Positions 41,426 to 50,620 of a stretch of DNA of 64,000 bases are shown here, piece after piece. Origin of the DNA: an uncultured bacterium. GTDB taxonomy: Bacteria; UBP4; UBA4092. The notes beneath the pieces are model-generated. The model saw only the letters and a list, made by a program, of their open reading frames with translations. It did not search any database and had not been told where the DNA came from. The first letter of the stretch is position 1. Each line of letters begins with the position of its first letter. Where the stretch lies: positions 1-64,000 of the forward strand of contig CAZXWN010000005.1 of NCBI GenBank assembly GCA_964644695.1, read 5' to 3'. Both the position numbers and the translations under genes were made by a program.

Positions 41426-41920
41426 TTAGAAATTCAGTTTAGCAGCAATATCTGAAATAACTGGAATCTGCCACTTTTCACCATTAACAGCTTTGATAAT
41501 CGCAAATATTGCAAGCACTATCATACCAATATGAACTAATGATAAGGCCATGTTTATCAGAAAACCAATATACGGAATAAAGGCTGAAATAAAACCTACA
41601 ATAAATAATACAACCCAGGCGATACATAACGCCAAGCCTTGTTTTGCATGGAATTGTATAAATTCATCATCTTTCTTCGTTAGCAGAGGAATCAGGCATA
41701 ATATCCCCAGATAAGACAAAATACACATAATGGTATGGTCAGAACTACCGGATGAAACGCCTGCCAGTTTTACACCACACTTAATACATACTTCCTGGGC
41801 AGCCTGAGTCTCAACACCACAATTCTGGCAAAACTGTTTTCCATTGGCGGGTTTGACACCACATCCCATACACACTTCCGCATTAGCAGCGACTTCTTTT
41901 CCACAATTACGACAATACAT
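41426..41920 (-). CDS. Double zinc-ribbon plus DUF4870 (Tic20-like) membrane protein
   Basis: Four CxxCG motifs; LSYLG, F..FHAKQGL, A..GE....P.I. Confidence 0.85.
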   Translation of the reverse strand: MYCRNCGKEVAANAEVCMGCGVKPANGKQFCQNCGVETQAAQEVCIKCGVKLAGVSSGSSDHTIMCILSYLGILCLIPLLTKKDDEFIQFHAKQGLALCIAWVVLFIVGFISAFIPYIGFLINMALSLVHIGMIVLAIFAIIKAVNGEKWQIPVISDIAAKLNF

Positions 41921-42016
41921 AGTATCCCTCCACTAAAGAGATTTTAGTAACCCAATATACATTTATGCGCTAATCGTACCATTGCCAATAAGGTATCGTC
42001 AAGGATGAAGTAACGG

Positions 42017-42457
42017 CTAATGAGGCGCCAGCCAAACAAAAGGAATTATCGGTAAATTTCGCAATATTGTATAAACAATAAAGATGACAAAAATGGCTTT
42101 AACAAATTGAGAGGAATAAAGGATAGCATTGTATTTTGAGGGGTCTTTTCTGTGAAGCAAACAGAAAACACCTACACAAGGAACAGCTATCACGGCTAAA
42201 GCATTATAATGAAACGCTGCCAGCAGATTCCCATGTAAAAGTTGGTAAGATGCCCTGAGACTGCCACAACCCGGACAATACCACCCAGTCAATCGGTGAA
42301 AAACACAAAATGGATAAAATGAAAACTGCGCCGGATTATAAAAAAAGAGTATCCCCAGTGCAAACAGGCAAGACAGGATAACTCCTGCCACACCAAAATA
42401 ATAAAAGAACTTGTTCGGAGGAACTTTTAATCCACTTGTAACGGGAGCAAGACTCAT
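42017..42457 (-). CDS. DUF2752 family membrane protein
   Basis: C.F..LTG..CPGCG..RA...LLHG....AF.YN. Confidence 0.9.
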   Translation of the reverse strand: MSLAPVTSGLKVPPNKFFYYFGVAGVILSCLFALGILFFYNPAQFSFYPFCVFHRLTGWYCPGCGSLRASYQLLHGNLLAAFHYNALAVIAVPCVGVFCLLHRKDPSKYNAILYSSQFVKAIFVIFIVYTILRNLPIIPFVWLAPH

Positions 42458-42840
42458 TCACCAGAAACACTTTTTCTCATAGAATAGAAGGCCATCACAG
42501 CAAATACAATAGTCAGCAGGGCAAGAACTATAGCCGCGACAATACCTGCAATATTCCAACTCAATGCATTTTTAGAAGCTTTCTTAGCTTCTTCTTCCTG
42601 CCGTTTTTCAAGGTATTCATTCACTTTTATGGAATAATACAAAGCGATGATACCCGTTATCGGACAAAAACATATGATTGAAATAACTGAGAAAATCAAA
42701 TAGTTTGAAATACCTGTTGAAGAGAGGACACCTTGTGGAGGTGTTACACCTGACTGGACAGGAGCCTGGGTTGATTGTCCACATTTCGGGCAAAAGGTGC
42801 CATTCTCATCTATCTGGTTTCCACAAAATTTACAAAACAT
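42454..42840 (-). CDS. Zinc-ribbon plus CD225/dispanin (IFITM-like) membrane protein
   Basis: MFCKFCG..FCPKCG; NYL..S..S.ICFCP.TGI.A..YS..V, EA..AS..A. Confidence 0.8.
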   Translation of the reverse strand: MFCKFCGNQIDENGTFCPKCGQSTQAPVQSGVTPPQGVLSSTGISNYLIFSVISIICFCPITGIIALYYSIKVNEYLEKRQEEEAKKASKNALSWNIAGIVAAIVLALLTIVFAVMAFYSMRKSVSGE

Positions 42841-42909
42841 AACAATCCAACCCTCCCATCAGAGATATATGCAGTATATCTAATGAATGGATAGTATAAT
42901 AGTAAGATA

Positions 42910-43665
42910 ATGATGTCAACGACACTTCAGCAATTATGTGAAAAACACTTAATCCCATGGGCAGAGCAATACCTGCCAACCCCCTTTACTCAAACTCAAA
43001 TCGATTTATTTTCAGGTTATCTGCAAATTCTGGAAGAGTGGAATCAAAAGATGAACCTGACTGCCACAGTCGACCAAGAGGAAATGGTTCACCGCCACTT
43101 AATTGATTCCCTGTCTGTATTAAAGGCCATGGATATCCCTCAGGGAGTCCGGGTGGCCGACATAGGGACAGGTGCAGGATTACCCGGTATTCCTCTGAAA
43201 ATAGCTAGACCAGATTTAGATATTTCACTTGTCGAGGCAACAGGAAAGAAATGCATCTTCCTTAAAGAAGCCTTAAAAGTTTTGAATTTAGGTCCTGGAA
43301 TAGAAATACAGTCCAAACGGGTGGAAGTTCTGGGAAAAACTCAAGGTTATAGAGAACGCTATCAAATAGTCGTCAGTCGTGCCCTGGCAAAACTTCCTGT
43401 CGCCATTGAATATTGCCTCCCCCTGCTCCGAAAAGAAGGCTGTTATATTGTTTTACTGGGACGAGATGGAGAAGAGCAATTAAAGAGGGCGGCTCTGGCC
43501 ATCAATCAATTAGGCGGTCAGCAAAAACACTGGGTGGATTTATCGGAGATAACCGGACATTCTGACCGTTACGCATTGGTGGTTGAAAAAATCCGAAAGA
43601 CTCCCCCACAATACCCGCGAAGTCCCGGTTTAGCAAGCACAAATCCAATCATTTCCGATTCGTAA
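42910..43665 (+). CDS. rsmG: 16S rRNA m7G527 methyltransferase RsmG
   Basis: WN..MNLTA, H..DSL, DIGTGAG.PGIPL, SRA, TP..YPR. Confidence 0.95.
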   Translation: MMSTTLQQLCEKHLIPWAEQYLPTPFTQTQIDLFSGYLQILEEWNQKMNLTATVDQEEMVHRHLIDSLSVLKAMDIPQGVRVADIGTGAGLPGIPLKIARPDLDISLVEATGKKCIFLKEALKVLNLGPGIEIQSKRVEVLGKTQGYRERYQIVVSRALAKLPVAIEYCLPLLRKEGCYIVLLGRDGEEQLKRAALAINQLGGQQKHWVDLSEITGHSDRYALVVEKIRKTPPQYPRSPGLASTNPIISDS

Positions 43666-43791
43666 ACAGTGTTAATTTGAACCAGACCCTCCAGTTGTCA
43701 AACTTTACATACGAGACTGGATTCAGTAAACTAATATAGATAAGCCTTTTAATTCCGCACAGAAAATCCAAATCTTATAGAGGTGTTTATT

Positions 43792-44952
43792 ATGGGTGAA
43801 TTTATAGGTAAAAACCGTAAAGCCCGCCGTGCTTATGGATTTGATGAGATAGCCATTGTTCCTGGCGCTCTGACCATTAATCCAAACGAAGTAGATATAT
43901 CCTTCCAGATTCGTGACAAAAAGATTGAGATTCCGATCATGGCTTCCGCCATGGATGGTGTTGTGGATGTTGATTTTGCAGTCGCCATGGGAAAAATGGG
44001 CGGAATTGCCGTATTAAATCTCGAAGGTGTCCAGACCCGTTACGACAATCCCAAAGAAGTTATTACGGAACTGGTTACTTCTGACCCAGATAAATCAACG
44101 GCTTTATTCCAGAAAATGTACCTGCCTCCCGTCAAAGAAGAACTCATTTACAAACGAATCCAGGAAATCAAATCTCAGGGTGTTCCTGCGGTTGTTTCTG
44201 CAATCCCTCAAAAAGCCGCTGCTTATGGCAAGATTGCCGAAGAAGCCGGCGCTGATATCTTTGTGATCCAGTCCACAATTGCTACCGCACGACACTTGTC
44301 CTCAGAATACGCATTTTTCGATATTGCCAAGTTCTGTAAAGACATGTCCATTCCAATCATCTGTGGTAATACTGTCACCTACGAAGCCTCATTAGAATTA
44401 ATGGAATGTGGTATTGATGCGTTGTTAGTGGGTGTTGGACCTGGTGCAGCCTGCACTACCCGTGGCGTCCTAGGAATCGGTGTTCCACAAGTGACCGGGA
44501 CAGTTGATACAGCCGCGGCCCGTGATTTCTTCTTCCAGAGAACCGGTAAATATGTTCCCATCATTACTGATGGCGGAATGAATACCGGTGGAGACATCTG
44601 CAAAGCCTTTGCGGCCGGTGCAGATGCCGTCATGATTGGATCTGCCTTTGCGAAAGCAAAAGAAGCCCCGGGACGGGGTTATCACTGGGGAATGGCCACT
44701 CCTCATCAAAACTTGCCCCGTGGGACACGTATCCAGGTTGGTGTCACGGGAAGCCTCGAAGAAATCCTTCTGGGGCCTGCCCATCTGGATGATGGTACTC
44801 AGAACCTTGTGGGGGCACTTCGGACCTGCCTGGGCTCTGTAGGTGCCAAGAACATCCGTGAAATGCACCTGTGCGAACTCGTTATTGCTCCTGCCATTAA
44901 GACAGAAGGTAAAATCTTCCAGAAGAGTCAGCGCGTAGGTATGGGCAAGTAA
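43792..44952 (+). CDS. GuaB3-family IMP dehydrogenase-related protein
   Basis: ARRAYGFDEIAIVP, ASAMD, GVGPGAACT, DGG...GGD..KA, WGMA; no CBS domains. Confidence 0.88.
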   Translation: MGEFIGKNRKARRAYGFDEIAIVPGALTINPNEVDISFQIRDKKIEIPIMASAMDGVVDVDFAVAMGKMGGIAVLNLEGVQTRYDNPKEVITELVTSDPDKSTALFQKMYLPPVKEELIYKRIQEIKSQGVPAVVSAIPQKAAAYGKIAEEAGADIFVIQSTIATARHLSSEYAFFDIAKFCKDMSIPIICGNTVTYEASLELMECGIDALLVGVGPGAACTTRGVLGIGVPQVTGTVDTAAARDFFFQRTGKYVPIITDGGMNTGGDICKAFAAGADAVMIGSAFAKAKEAPGRGYHWGMATPHQNLPRGTRIQVGVTGSLEEILLGPAHLDDGTQNLVGALRTCLGSVGAKNIREMHLCELVIAPAIKTEGKIFQKSQRVGMGK

Positions 44953-44971
44953 GTCACCTTTTACTGTAATC

Positions 44972-45014
44972 AAAAAAGTCCTGTCGAATCGTATTCGACA
45001 GGACTTTTTATTTT
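44972..45014 (+). terminator. Intrinsic terminator
   Basis: aaaaagtcctgtcgaat-cgt-attcgacaggacttttt. Confidence 0.88.
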
Positions 45015-45069
45015 GTATAAATAAATCATGATTGAAAACAGGGCAAAAGCCCATGCTGTTCATTACAAT

Positions 45070-45100
45070 AAAAAAAACCGGCAGGTTCACTGCCGGTTTT
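45070..45100 (-). terminator. Intrinsic terminator of the outer-membrane barrel gene
   Basis: aaaaccggcag-gttca-ctgccggtttt with an A tract on the left. Confidence 0.8.
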
Positions 45101-45117
45101 CCAATTTACAGAAGTCG

Positions 45118-46350
45118 TTAGAAAGCGACCTTAACTCCACCCTTGACCATCCAGACATCATCTGCACCAATTCCACGGGCGGCAGATAACTTCTCATTAT
45201 CCGGAGTATAATATCCGGCGACGAGTTCTAAGAGAGTATTGTCTGAGTATTGATAAAGAAGGGTAGCATCCACTTCCATACCCAGTGTTTCGTTAGGATC
45301 GACCTGTTTATAATAATAACCATCAATATCAAGAGTCAGCTTGTCAGTGGGGCGAACAGAGAAACCCACATTACCGAACATAATATTACTGACTAAACGA
45401 GTGTTGTAATCCGCAATACGGCCATAACCTTTTTCACTCACATCATCCTGATCAACGTGCCCGATGGGCTGGACAAAATCTTCATCCAGGTAATAGAAAT
45501 TGGCACGAACGGAGGGTTTGATTTCTGAGGCGAAGGTATATTCCACACCAGCTAATCCAGCGATACCTGTTTTCTCACCGGTTAATTCATTGTCCTGATT
45601 GTTGACAGTGAATTCAGCTTTATAGGCCAGTTGTTTTTCCATGAAACTGCCTTTTGCCCGCAATCCACCAATATACATGTGATTATAGAAGGGGAGAATA
45701 ACTCCACTGGGAAGATTAATGACCTGAGCATCAATGAAAGCAGCATAAAAATCAATCTGATGATTTTCAATACCGTTATACATTCCATACATTCCATAGA
45801 CAGCGACATCATCTTCTAGAAGGGGATTATTTTCCCGCATTTTGATATAAAAGAAGTCAATTTTTGTTTCAATCGGAGGAAGAACAGCGGTGAGACTCAT
45901 CCCATCAAATGGCGCATTATTGGGAACCATGAAACCTTCACCAAATTTTGTTTCGTACTGTTTTGGTTCTTCAATTTTGTTTTGGATCATCCAACGACCG
46001 GCACGGAAATAGCCAGGAAAATTAAAGGGCCGTTTTAAAAGAATATAACCTTCGAAAAGGTCAATATTACCTTCATAAGTATTTGCATCAATTCCAATAG
46101 GATTATTGTTGGATCCAAAAGAGTCTTTATATTTCAGGTTAACGCGAGCCATTACATTGTCAGCCAAATCGGCATTCATCCAAAGTAATACTTCGGAATC
46201 CGTAAATTTAGAATCAGGAGCGTCATTACTCGCTATCCACCAGCCACGGGTTTCAAGGGACCCGCCAAATTTAACACCTTCCACAGCGAATGCTGCAGTG
46301 CTGATGGCCAATGCAATTATCAACAGAATTGCAAGCCTTTTATAGTTCAT
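45118..46350 (-). CDS. Outer-membrane beta-barrel protein (alginate-export/porin-like)
   Basis: Signal peptide, amphipathic beta strands, LG.E.D....Y.Y, terminal Phe (GVKVAF). Confidence 0.8.
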   Translation of the reverse strand: MNYKRLAILLIIALAISTAAFAVEGVKFGGSLETRGWWIASNDAPDSKFTDSEVLLWMNADLADNVMARVNLKYKDSFGSNNNPIGIDANTYEGNIDLFEGYILLKRPFNFPGYFRAGRWMIQNKIEEPKQYETKFGEGFMVPNNAPFDGMSLTAVLPPIETKIDFFYIKMRENNPLLEDDVAVYGMYGMYNGIENHQIDFYAAFIDAQVINLPSGVILPFYNHMYIGGLRAKGSFMEKQLAYKAEFTVNNQDNELTGEKTGIAGLAGVEYTFASEIKPSVRANFYYLDEDFVQPIGHVDQDDVSEKGYGRIADYNTRLVSNIMFGNVGFSVRPTDKLTLDIDGYYYKQVDPNETLGMEVDATLLYQYSDNTLLELVAGYYTPDNEKLSAARGIGADDVWMVKGGVKVAF

Positions 46351-46636
46351 GGGTTTAAATCCTTTCAGGGATTTTAATGGTACTACTAAGATTTGTGATC
46401 GAAACGGAAATAATTAGGTAAGAATACGGGGGGGATGGGCTCTGACTTCCACAACTGCGATCCGGGTACCATTTTTGGGATGGAACTCCGATTGGAATTA
46501 CACCTCCTTTCAATCGCAGGCGGACTGGCAGGCCGGGGGGCGGACCATCAGGTCTTATCATTTGCCCCAAGGACATCAATGTGTCCTCGTTTACATCCCG
46601 GGATACCTTTCCGGATATATCTTTTCAATCAAAAAA

Positions 46637-46666
46637 ATTTTACCCTAAACCATGCAATCATGTCGA
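46637..46666 (-). promoter_or_regulatory. Candidate sigma70 promoter giving a ~280-nt leader to the barrel gene
   Basis: Minus strand TCGACA-18-TAAAAT. Confidence 0.45.
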
Positions 46667-46723
46667 TATAAATCATTTTTGTTCTATAATATAAAAATAA
46701 TCCTCATTCTTAATATTTTTGTA

Positions 46724-46751
46724 TTGACTTTTAACCTGAATCGCTTACAAT
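46724..46751 (+). promoter_or_regulatory. Sigma70-type promoter of the candidate sRNA
   Basis: TTGACT-16-TACAAT. Confidence 0.6.
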
Positions 46752-46757
46752 AGTTTA

Positions 46758-46910
46758 CAGTTTGATAGTTAAATCAGAACTTAAAGATGGAAGCCGGGAA
46801 TCTCCCCTGACATCTTAAACCCCTGCATCAAAGGAAGATTCCCCCAATCTTCTTTTTCCCGGCTTCCCCCTCCATTATTAAAAAGGCAGTCCAAAACGGA
46901 CTGCCTTTTT
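46758..46910 (+). ncRNA. Candidate small non-coding RNA (~150 nt)
   Basis: Promoter, 12-bp perfect stem ggaagccgggaa/ttcccggcttcc enclosing an inner gaagatt/aatcttc hairpin, C-rich loops, strong terminator, no meaningful ORF. Confidence 0.55.
46880..46910 (+). terminator. Intrinsic terminator
   Basis: aaaaaggcagtcc-aaaac-ggactgccttttt. Confidence 0.85.
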
Positions 46911-46978
46911 CTATTTACTTATGGATATACCCCCCGAACATCAAAAGCCCTTATTGGACATGGCTGTCTCTGAGGATG

Positions 46979-46997
46979 AACGAAACATCCACGGACC
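46979..46997. repeat. Left arm of the palindromic repeat, running into the assembly gap
   Basis: aacgaaacatccacggacc versus aacgaatcatccacggacc at 28575-28593 (one mismatch). Confidence 0.75.
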
Positions 46998-47097
46998 NNN
47001 NNNNNNNNNNNNNNNNNNNNNNNNNNNNNNNNNNNNNNNNNNNNNNNNNNNNNNNNNNNNNNNNNNNNNNNNNNNNNNNNNNNNNNNNNNNNNNNNN
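46998..47097. other. Scaffold gap (100 N)
   Basis: Run of N. Confidence 1.
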
Positions 47098-47232
47098 AGT
47101 TACAGAAACACCCATCCGTTAGCAGGGTTTATTTATACATGACAAACCCCAAGTTTTGTGGTTTACTATGGATATAGCTATGTGTGTGTGGACCATTTGA
47201 TGATAAGAACCAGATTTATAACAATGATTGAA

Positions 47233-47261
47233 TTGACAAAAACAGGTGTAAGTTCTATATT
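47233..47261 (+). promoter_or_regulatory. Sigma70 promoter
   Basis: TTGACA-17-TATATT, followed by a strong AAGGAGGTG RBS. Confidence 0.65.
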
Positions 47262-47309
47262 ATTTAAAAATCTATAATCATACCCAAATAAAGAAGGAGG
47301 TGTTTTTTA

Positions 47310-48395
47310 ATGAAAAAATTAATTGCTTTTATGGCTATCGCTTTATTCTCTATGACTTCAGCTTTTGCCGCCCACAGTTTTGTAACGACATTCAATTTTG
47401 GATCATATGGCACAAGTTCTTTGTATGCCGCTCAATTCATTGAATTGGATGAAGCTTCTGGAAATTTATGGATCGCTTCCGGTGGTACAGGTAACCCTGA
47501 CATTGCCCACATTTTCACAACGGCAGGAGCTCCAGCTTCATTCTCACCAGTTAGCACTGGACTGACCAGTTGGGGAATTTCCACCAACTTCCGTCAGACC
47601 TCTGGTATTGCCATTGATCGGTCAGTAACTCCACATATGGCTTATGTAGTTTCCGATGTAGGAAGCTATGTGAATTTTATCAGCAAATTCAATGCTGGTA
47701 CTGGTGTTGCTGCTAATGGTATTGATTCTACCCTTGGTAAATGGACCACATTCTCACGTGTTGGTGATATTCAATTTGATAACGCCGGCCGTTTATACAT
47801 GGTCCAGAAAGTTAGCCCGACTGGTGGAGCAACCTGTTTTGTCCTCGACAAAAACACGGGTGCTGCATTAAACTCTGGCAATGCAATCGTTGTTGGTGGT
47901 GGAGCTATTAAACGAGGCATGGGCGTTTCCAGTGATGGAAACACAATTTACCTTGCTGATGAGTCTTTGGATATCCTTTGGAAAGCTACAGGAACTGCTT
48001 CCTCTATCAATTCCACATCCAATGTGACTTACAGCCTTGCGACATTCGTCAACTATGGTAACTCTTCAGCGAACCCAAGTGCTTGCGAAGTTGATGCCAA
48101 TGGTAATGTCTATGTTTCTGTAACTGGTCTTGCTGCTTCTACGACTGGTTTTGTGCGCGTTGAAATCTACAATGCCGCTGGTACTTTAGTAGAAACCATT
48201 GCACCGACTGTTCCAATGGTGGATGGTGCTGCTTTCATGCCAAGAGGTGTTGCTTTCAGCAGTGCTGATGCAATCAATAATGATTTATATGTAGCACGCT
48301 TCATGACTATCAATTGTAATTTAACCAGCTCTGGACCAATAGCCAAGTTCTCGAACTTGTCTGCAGTTTCTAACTGGTCTGATTATTCATTCTAG
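47310..48395 (+). CDS. Secreted beta-propeller-like (NHL/SMP-30-like) protein with C-terminal VSNWxxY motif
   Basis: Signal peptide ending AFA; repeats SGIAID, GDIQFDNAGRLYM, RGMGVSSDGNTIYLAD, EVDANGNVYV, PRGVAF; Ser/Thr/Gly-rich. Confidence 0.75.
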   Translation: MKKLIAFMAIALFSMTSAFAAHSFVTTFNFGSYGTSSLYAAQFIELDEASGNLWIASGGTGNPDIAHIFTTAGAPASFSPVSTGLTSWGISTNFRQTSGIAIDRSVTPHMAYVVSDVGSYVNFISKFNAGTGVAANGIDSTLGKWTTFSRVGDIQFDNAGRLYMVQKVSPTGGATCFVLDKNTGAALNSGNAIVVGGGAIKRGMGVSSDGNTIYLADESLDILWKATGTASSINSTSNVTYSLATFVNYGNSSANPSACEVDANGNVYVSVTGLAASTTGFVRVEIYNAAGTLVETIAPTVPMVDGAAFMPRGVAFSSADAINNDLYVARFMTINCNLTSSGPIAKFSNLSAVSNWSDYSF

Positions 48396-48416
48396 GCTTT
48401 ATAGCTAAGCTATAAT

Positions 48417-48444
48417 AAGGGCGGAAGTTTTTCCGCCCTTTTTT
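48417..48444 (+). terminator. Intrinsic terminator
   Basis: aagggcggaa-loop-ttccgccctt followed by a T run. Confidence 0.8.
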
Positions 48445-48478
48445 ATTTATAAATACATAACTACAAGAGGCTAATAGG

Positions 48479-49663
48479 ATGAAGAAGATATTTTTCACTG
48501 CAGTCATGTTCCTTCCCATGATCGTTTTTGCTGACCCCATATCCATCCATGAATATTATCAGAAGGCTGAACAAGCTATAAAAACAAACGATTTACAGAA
48601 TGCACTTTCAACCTTAAGTACTGCAGTGACTATTTATCCAAACGAAGCAAAGGCATGGTATAACCTGGGGGTAGTTTATAAAAATCTGAATCATGCTGAT
48701 TCCGCTGGGGATTGCTTTTCCAAAGCTATAGAGATAGACCCCAAGATGAAAAATGCCAGATTTAATATGGCAAAAGTCAGGACTCTCCGGTCCAGTAAAT
48801 ATTTTGATTTAGCGAAAGCCATTGATGATTTTGATGCCCTGTTCAAAGATGACCCCACTGATTATCGAATTCTCATTGAACTGGCAGACATCCATTATCG
48901 GCAAAAATCCATGCCCAAATTAAAAGAAACAGCAGAATTAATGGAGAAGTTATCTCCAGAAAGACCTGAAACATATTACTATGCGGGTATGGTAGATGAG
49001 TATAGCGGTAATATTGAAAAGGCTTTGAGTACATATAGCAAAGGTTATATCATTAACCCAAAGTCCGATTTATTAAAAGATAAAGTCTGGGAAAACACGA
49101 TACGGATGGGGCATTTATCCTATCAGAAAGGTAATCTAAAAGAGGCATATCCCTGGTATAAAAAAGCTTTTGAATTTGATTCAGCCCGACCCGAGACATA
49201 CCTTGTTTTAGGTCAAACTGCCATTCTGGCGGGTGATGAACAAACAGCATTACTGGCTTACAGTCGGTTCACTGGATTCAGACCGGATTCCTGGCTTGGT
49301 TACGCCAACATAGCAGATATTATTTCTAAAGATAAAAACCAGCGAGATAAAGCCCTTCATCTCGCTATGGGAGCCATCAGTCTTTCCGGTGACCGATGGG
49401 AACCCAGGGATACTCTGGGTTGGATTTACCTATGTCGTGGAGACATTCCAGAAGCAAAAAAACAGTTTCAATGGATTGCCAACGCTCATAAAGCTAATTG
49501 GACAATACTCACAAAAGGTAACTATCTAAAAGCCCTTAAAGAACTTAAAAAGATGCCCCCGGCATCATATCCTCACCTTTTAGCTCTCATAAAGAAGGAA
49601 AATGCACCTCGAGCCCAATGGCTTGCCCAGCGAGTTAAAACGAATATACCCATTCCAAGATAA
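48479..49663 (+). CDS. Exported tetratricopeptide-repeat protein
   Basis: Signal peptide; multiple TPRs (AWYNLG.VY......A...F.KAIEIDP; DTLGWIY). Confidence 0.88.
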   Translation: MKKIFFTAVMFLPMIVFADPISIHEYYQKAEQAIKTNDLQNALSTLSTAVTIYPNEAKAWYNLGVVYKNLNHADSAGDCFSKAIEIDPKMKNARFNMAKVRTLRSSKYFDLAKAIDDFDALFKDDPTDYRILIELADIHYRQKSMPKLKETAELMEKLSPERPETYYYAGMVDEYSGNIEKALSTYSKGYIINPKSDLLKDKVWENTIRMGHLSYQKGNLKEAYPWYKKAFEFDSARPETYLVLGQTAILAGDEQTALLAYSRFTGFRPDSWLGYANIADIISKDKNQRDKALHLAMGAISLSGDRWEPRDTLGWIYLCRGDIPEAKKQFQWIANAHKANWTILTKGNYLKALKELKKMPPASYPHLLALIKKENAPRAQWLAQRVKTNIPIPR

Positions 49664-49766
49664 TACCCCATAGTTTTAATTAACTTCCATTTTATAAACG
49701 AGAGGTATTCTTTATTCTTGGGCTATAATTTCAGAGAAGAAGAGTCAACAATTAGCGAGGAAGGTT

Positions 49767-50609
49767 ATGGAGATAATTATTGCTGGAAATGCGGGTTTTT
49801 GCTGGGGTGTTAAAAGAGCCATGAAAGCCGCTGAAGACAGCACAGCCGCCAATCAGGGTCCTGTCACATCTCTGGGTCCCATTATTCATAATCCAACGAT
49901 TGTAGAGCGCCTGAAAGAAAAAGGCCTGCATACCGCTAAGACCTTGGATGAAATCAATACCGGTACCGTTCTGATTCGAGCCCATGGCGTTGCTCCGAAG
50001 ACCATGACCGAGATTCAGAAAAAAGGATTGAAGGTCGTGGATGCCACCTGCCCCATCGTAAAAAAATCACAGCGATATGCTCAGCGGTTAACTGAACAGG
50101 GTTACCAGGTTGTGATTATTGGAGATAAGAACCACCCTGAAATTATCGGGATATTAGGGCATACCGATGGCAAAGCCATTGTCATCGATACTCCAGAAGA
50201 AGCGGAAAAGCTGGAGATCAAAGGTAAAATAGGCCTGATTGTACAAACCACCCATTCTGCCGATGAATATCGGAAAATTGAAGATATTCTCCGAAAACGA
50301 GGCGCTGAAGTATTTGTCAGTGATACCTTATGTTTTGAAACCACTCGACAACAGTCCAGTGCGGTAGAGGTATCGCGTCAGGTCGATGTTATGATTGTCG
50401 TCGGTGGGCGTAACAGCGCTAACACCGTTCGGTTATATAATCTTTGCCGCGAAACAGGTGTGGATACCTGGCATGTAGAATCCGCAGAAGAACTTCAACC
50501 CGAATGGTTCATTGGAAAGAATAAGGTTGGTTTGACGGGGGGAGCCTCTACACCGGACTACCTGATCAATGAAGTAGCCGAATGGGTCGCATCTTTACCC
50601 ACCCCATAA
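49767..50609 (+). CDS. ispH: 4-hydroxy-3-methylbut-2-enyl diphosphate reductase
   Basis: AGFCWGVKRA, IIHN, RAHG, DATCP, HPE, QTT, T.C..T..QQ, SANT, GASTP. Confidence 0.96.
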   Translation: MEIIIAGNAGFCWGVKRAMKAAEDSTAANQGPVTSLGPIIHNPTIVERLKEKGLHTAKTLDEINTGTVLIRAHGVAPKTMTEIQKKGLKVVDATCPIVKKSQRYAQRLTEQGYQVVIIGDKNHPEIIGILGHTDGKAIVIDTPEEAEKLEIKGKIGLIVQTTHSADEYRKIEDILRKRGAEVFVSDTLCFETTRQQSSAVEVSRQVDVMIVVGGRNSANTVRLYNLCRETGVDTWHVESAEELQPEWFIGKNKVGLTGGASTPDYLINEVAEWVASLPTP

Positions 50610-50620
50610 CAGCTAAGTCA

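Noticed and set aside
46355-46671. ORFs 46355-46579 (-) and 46435-46671 (+) as proteins
   Set aside because: Atypical composition and no RBS at their starts; better explained as a structured leader, though not excluded.
46921-47142. ORF spanning the N gap
   Set aside because: Artefact of translating through Ns.
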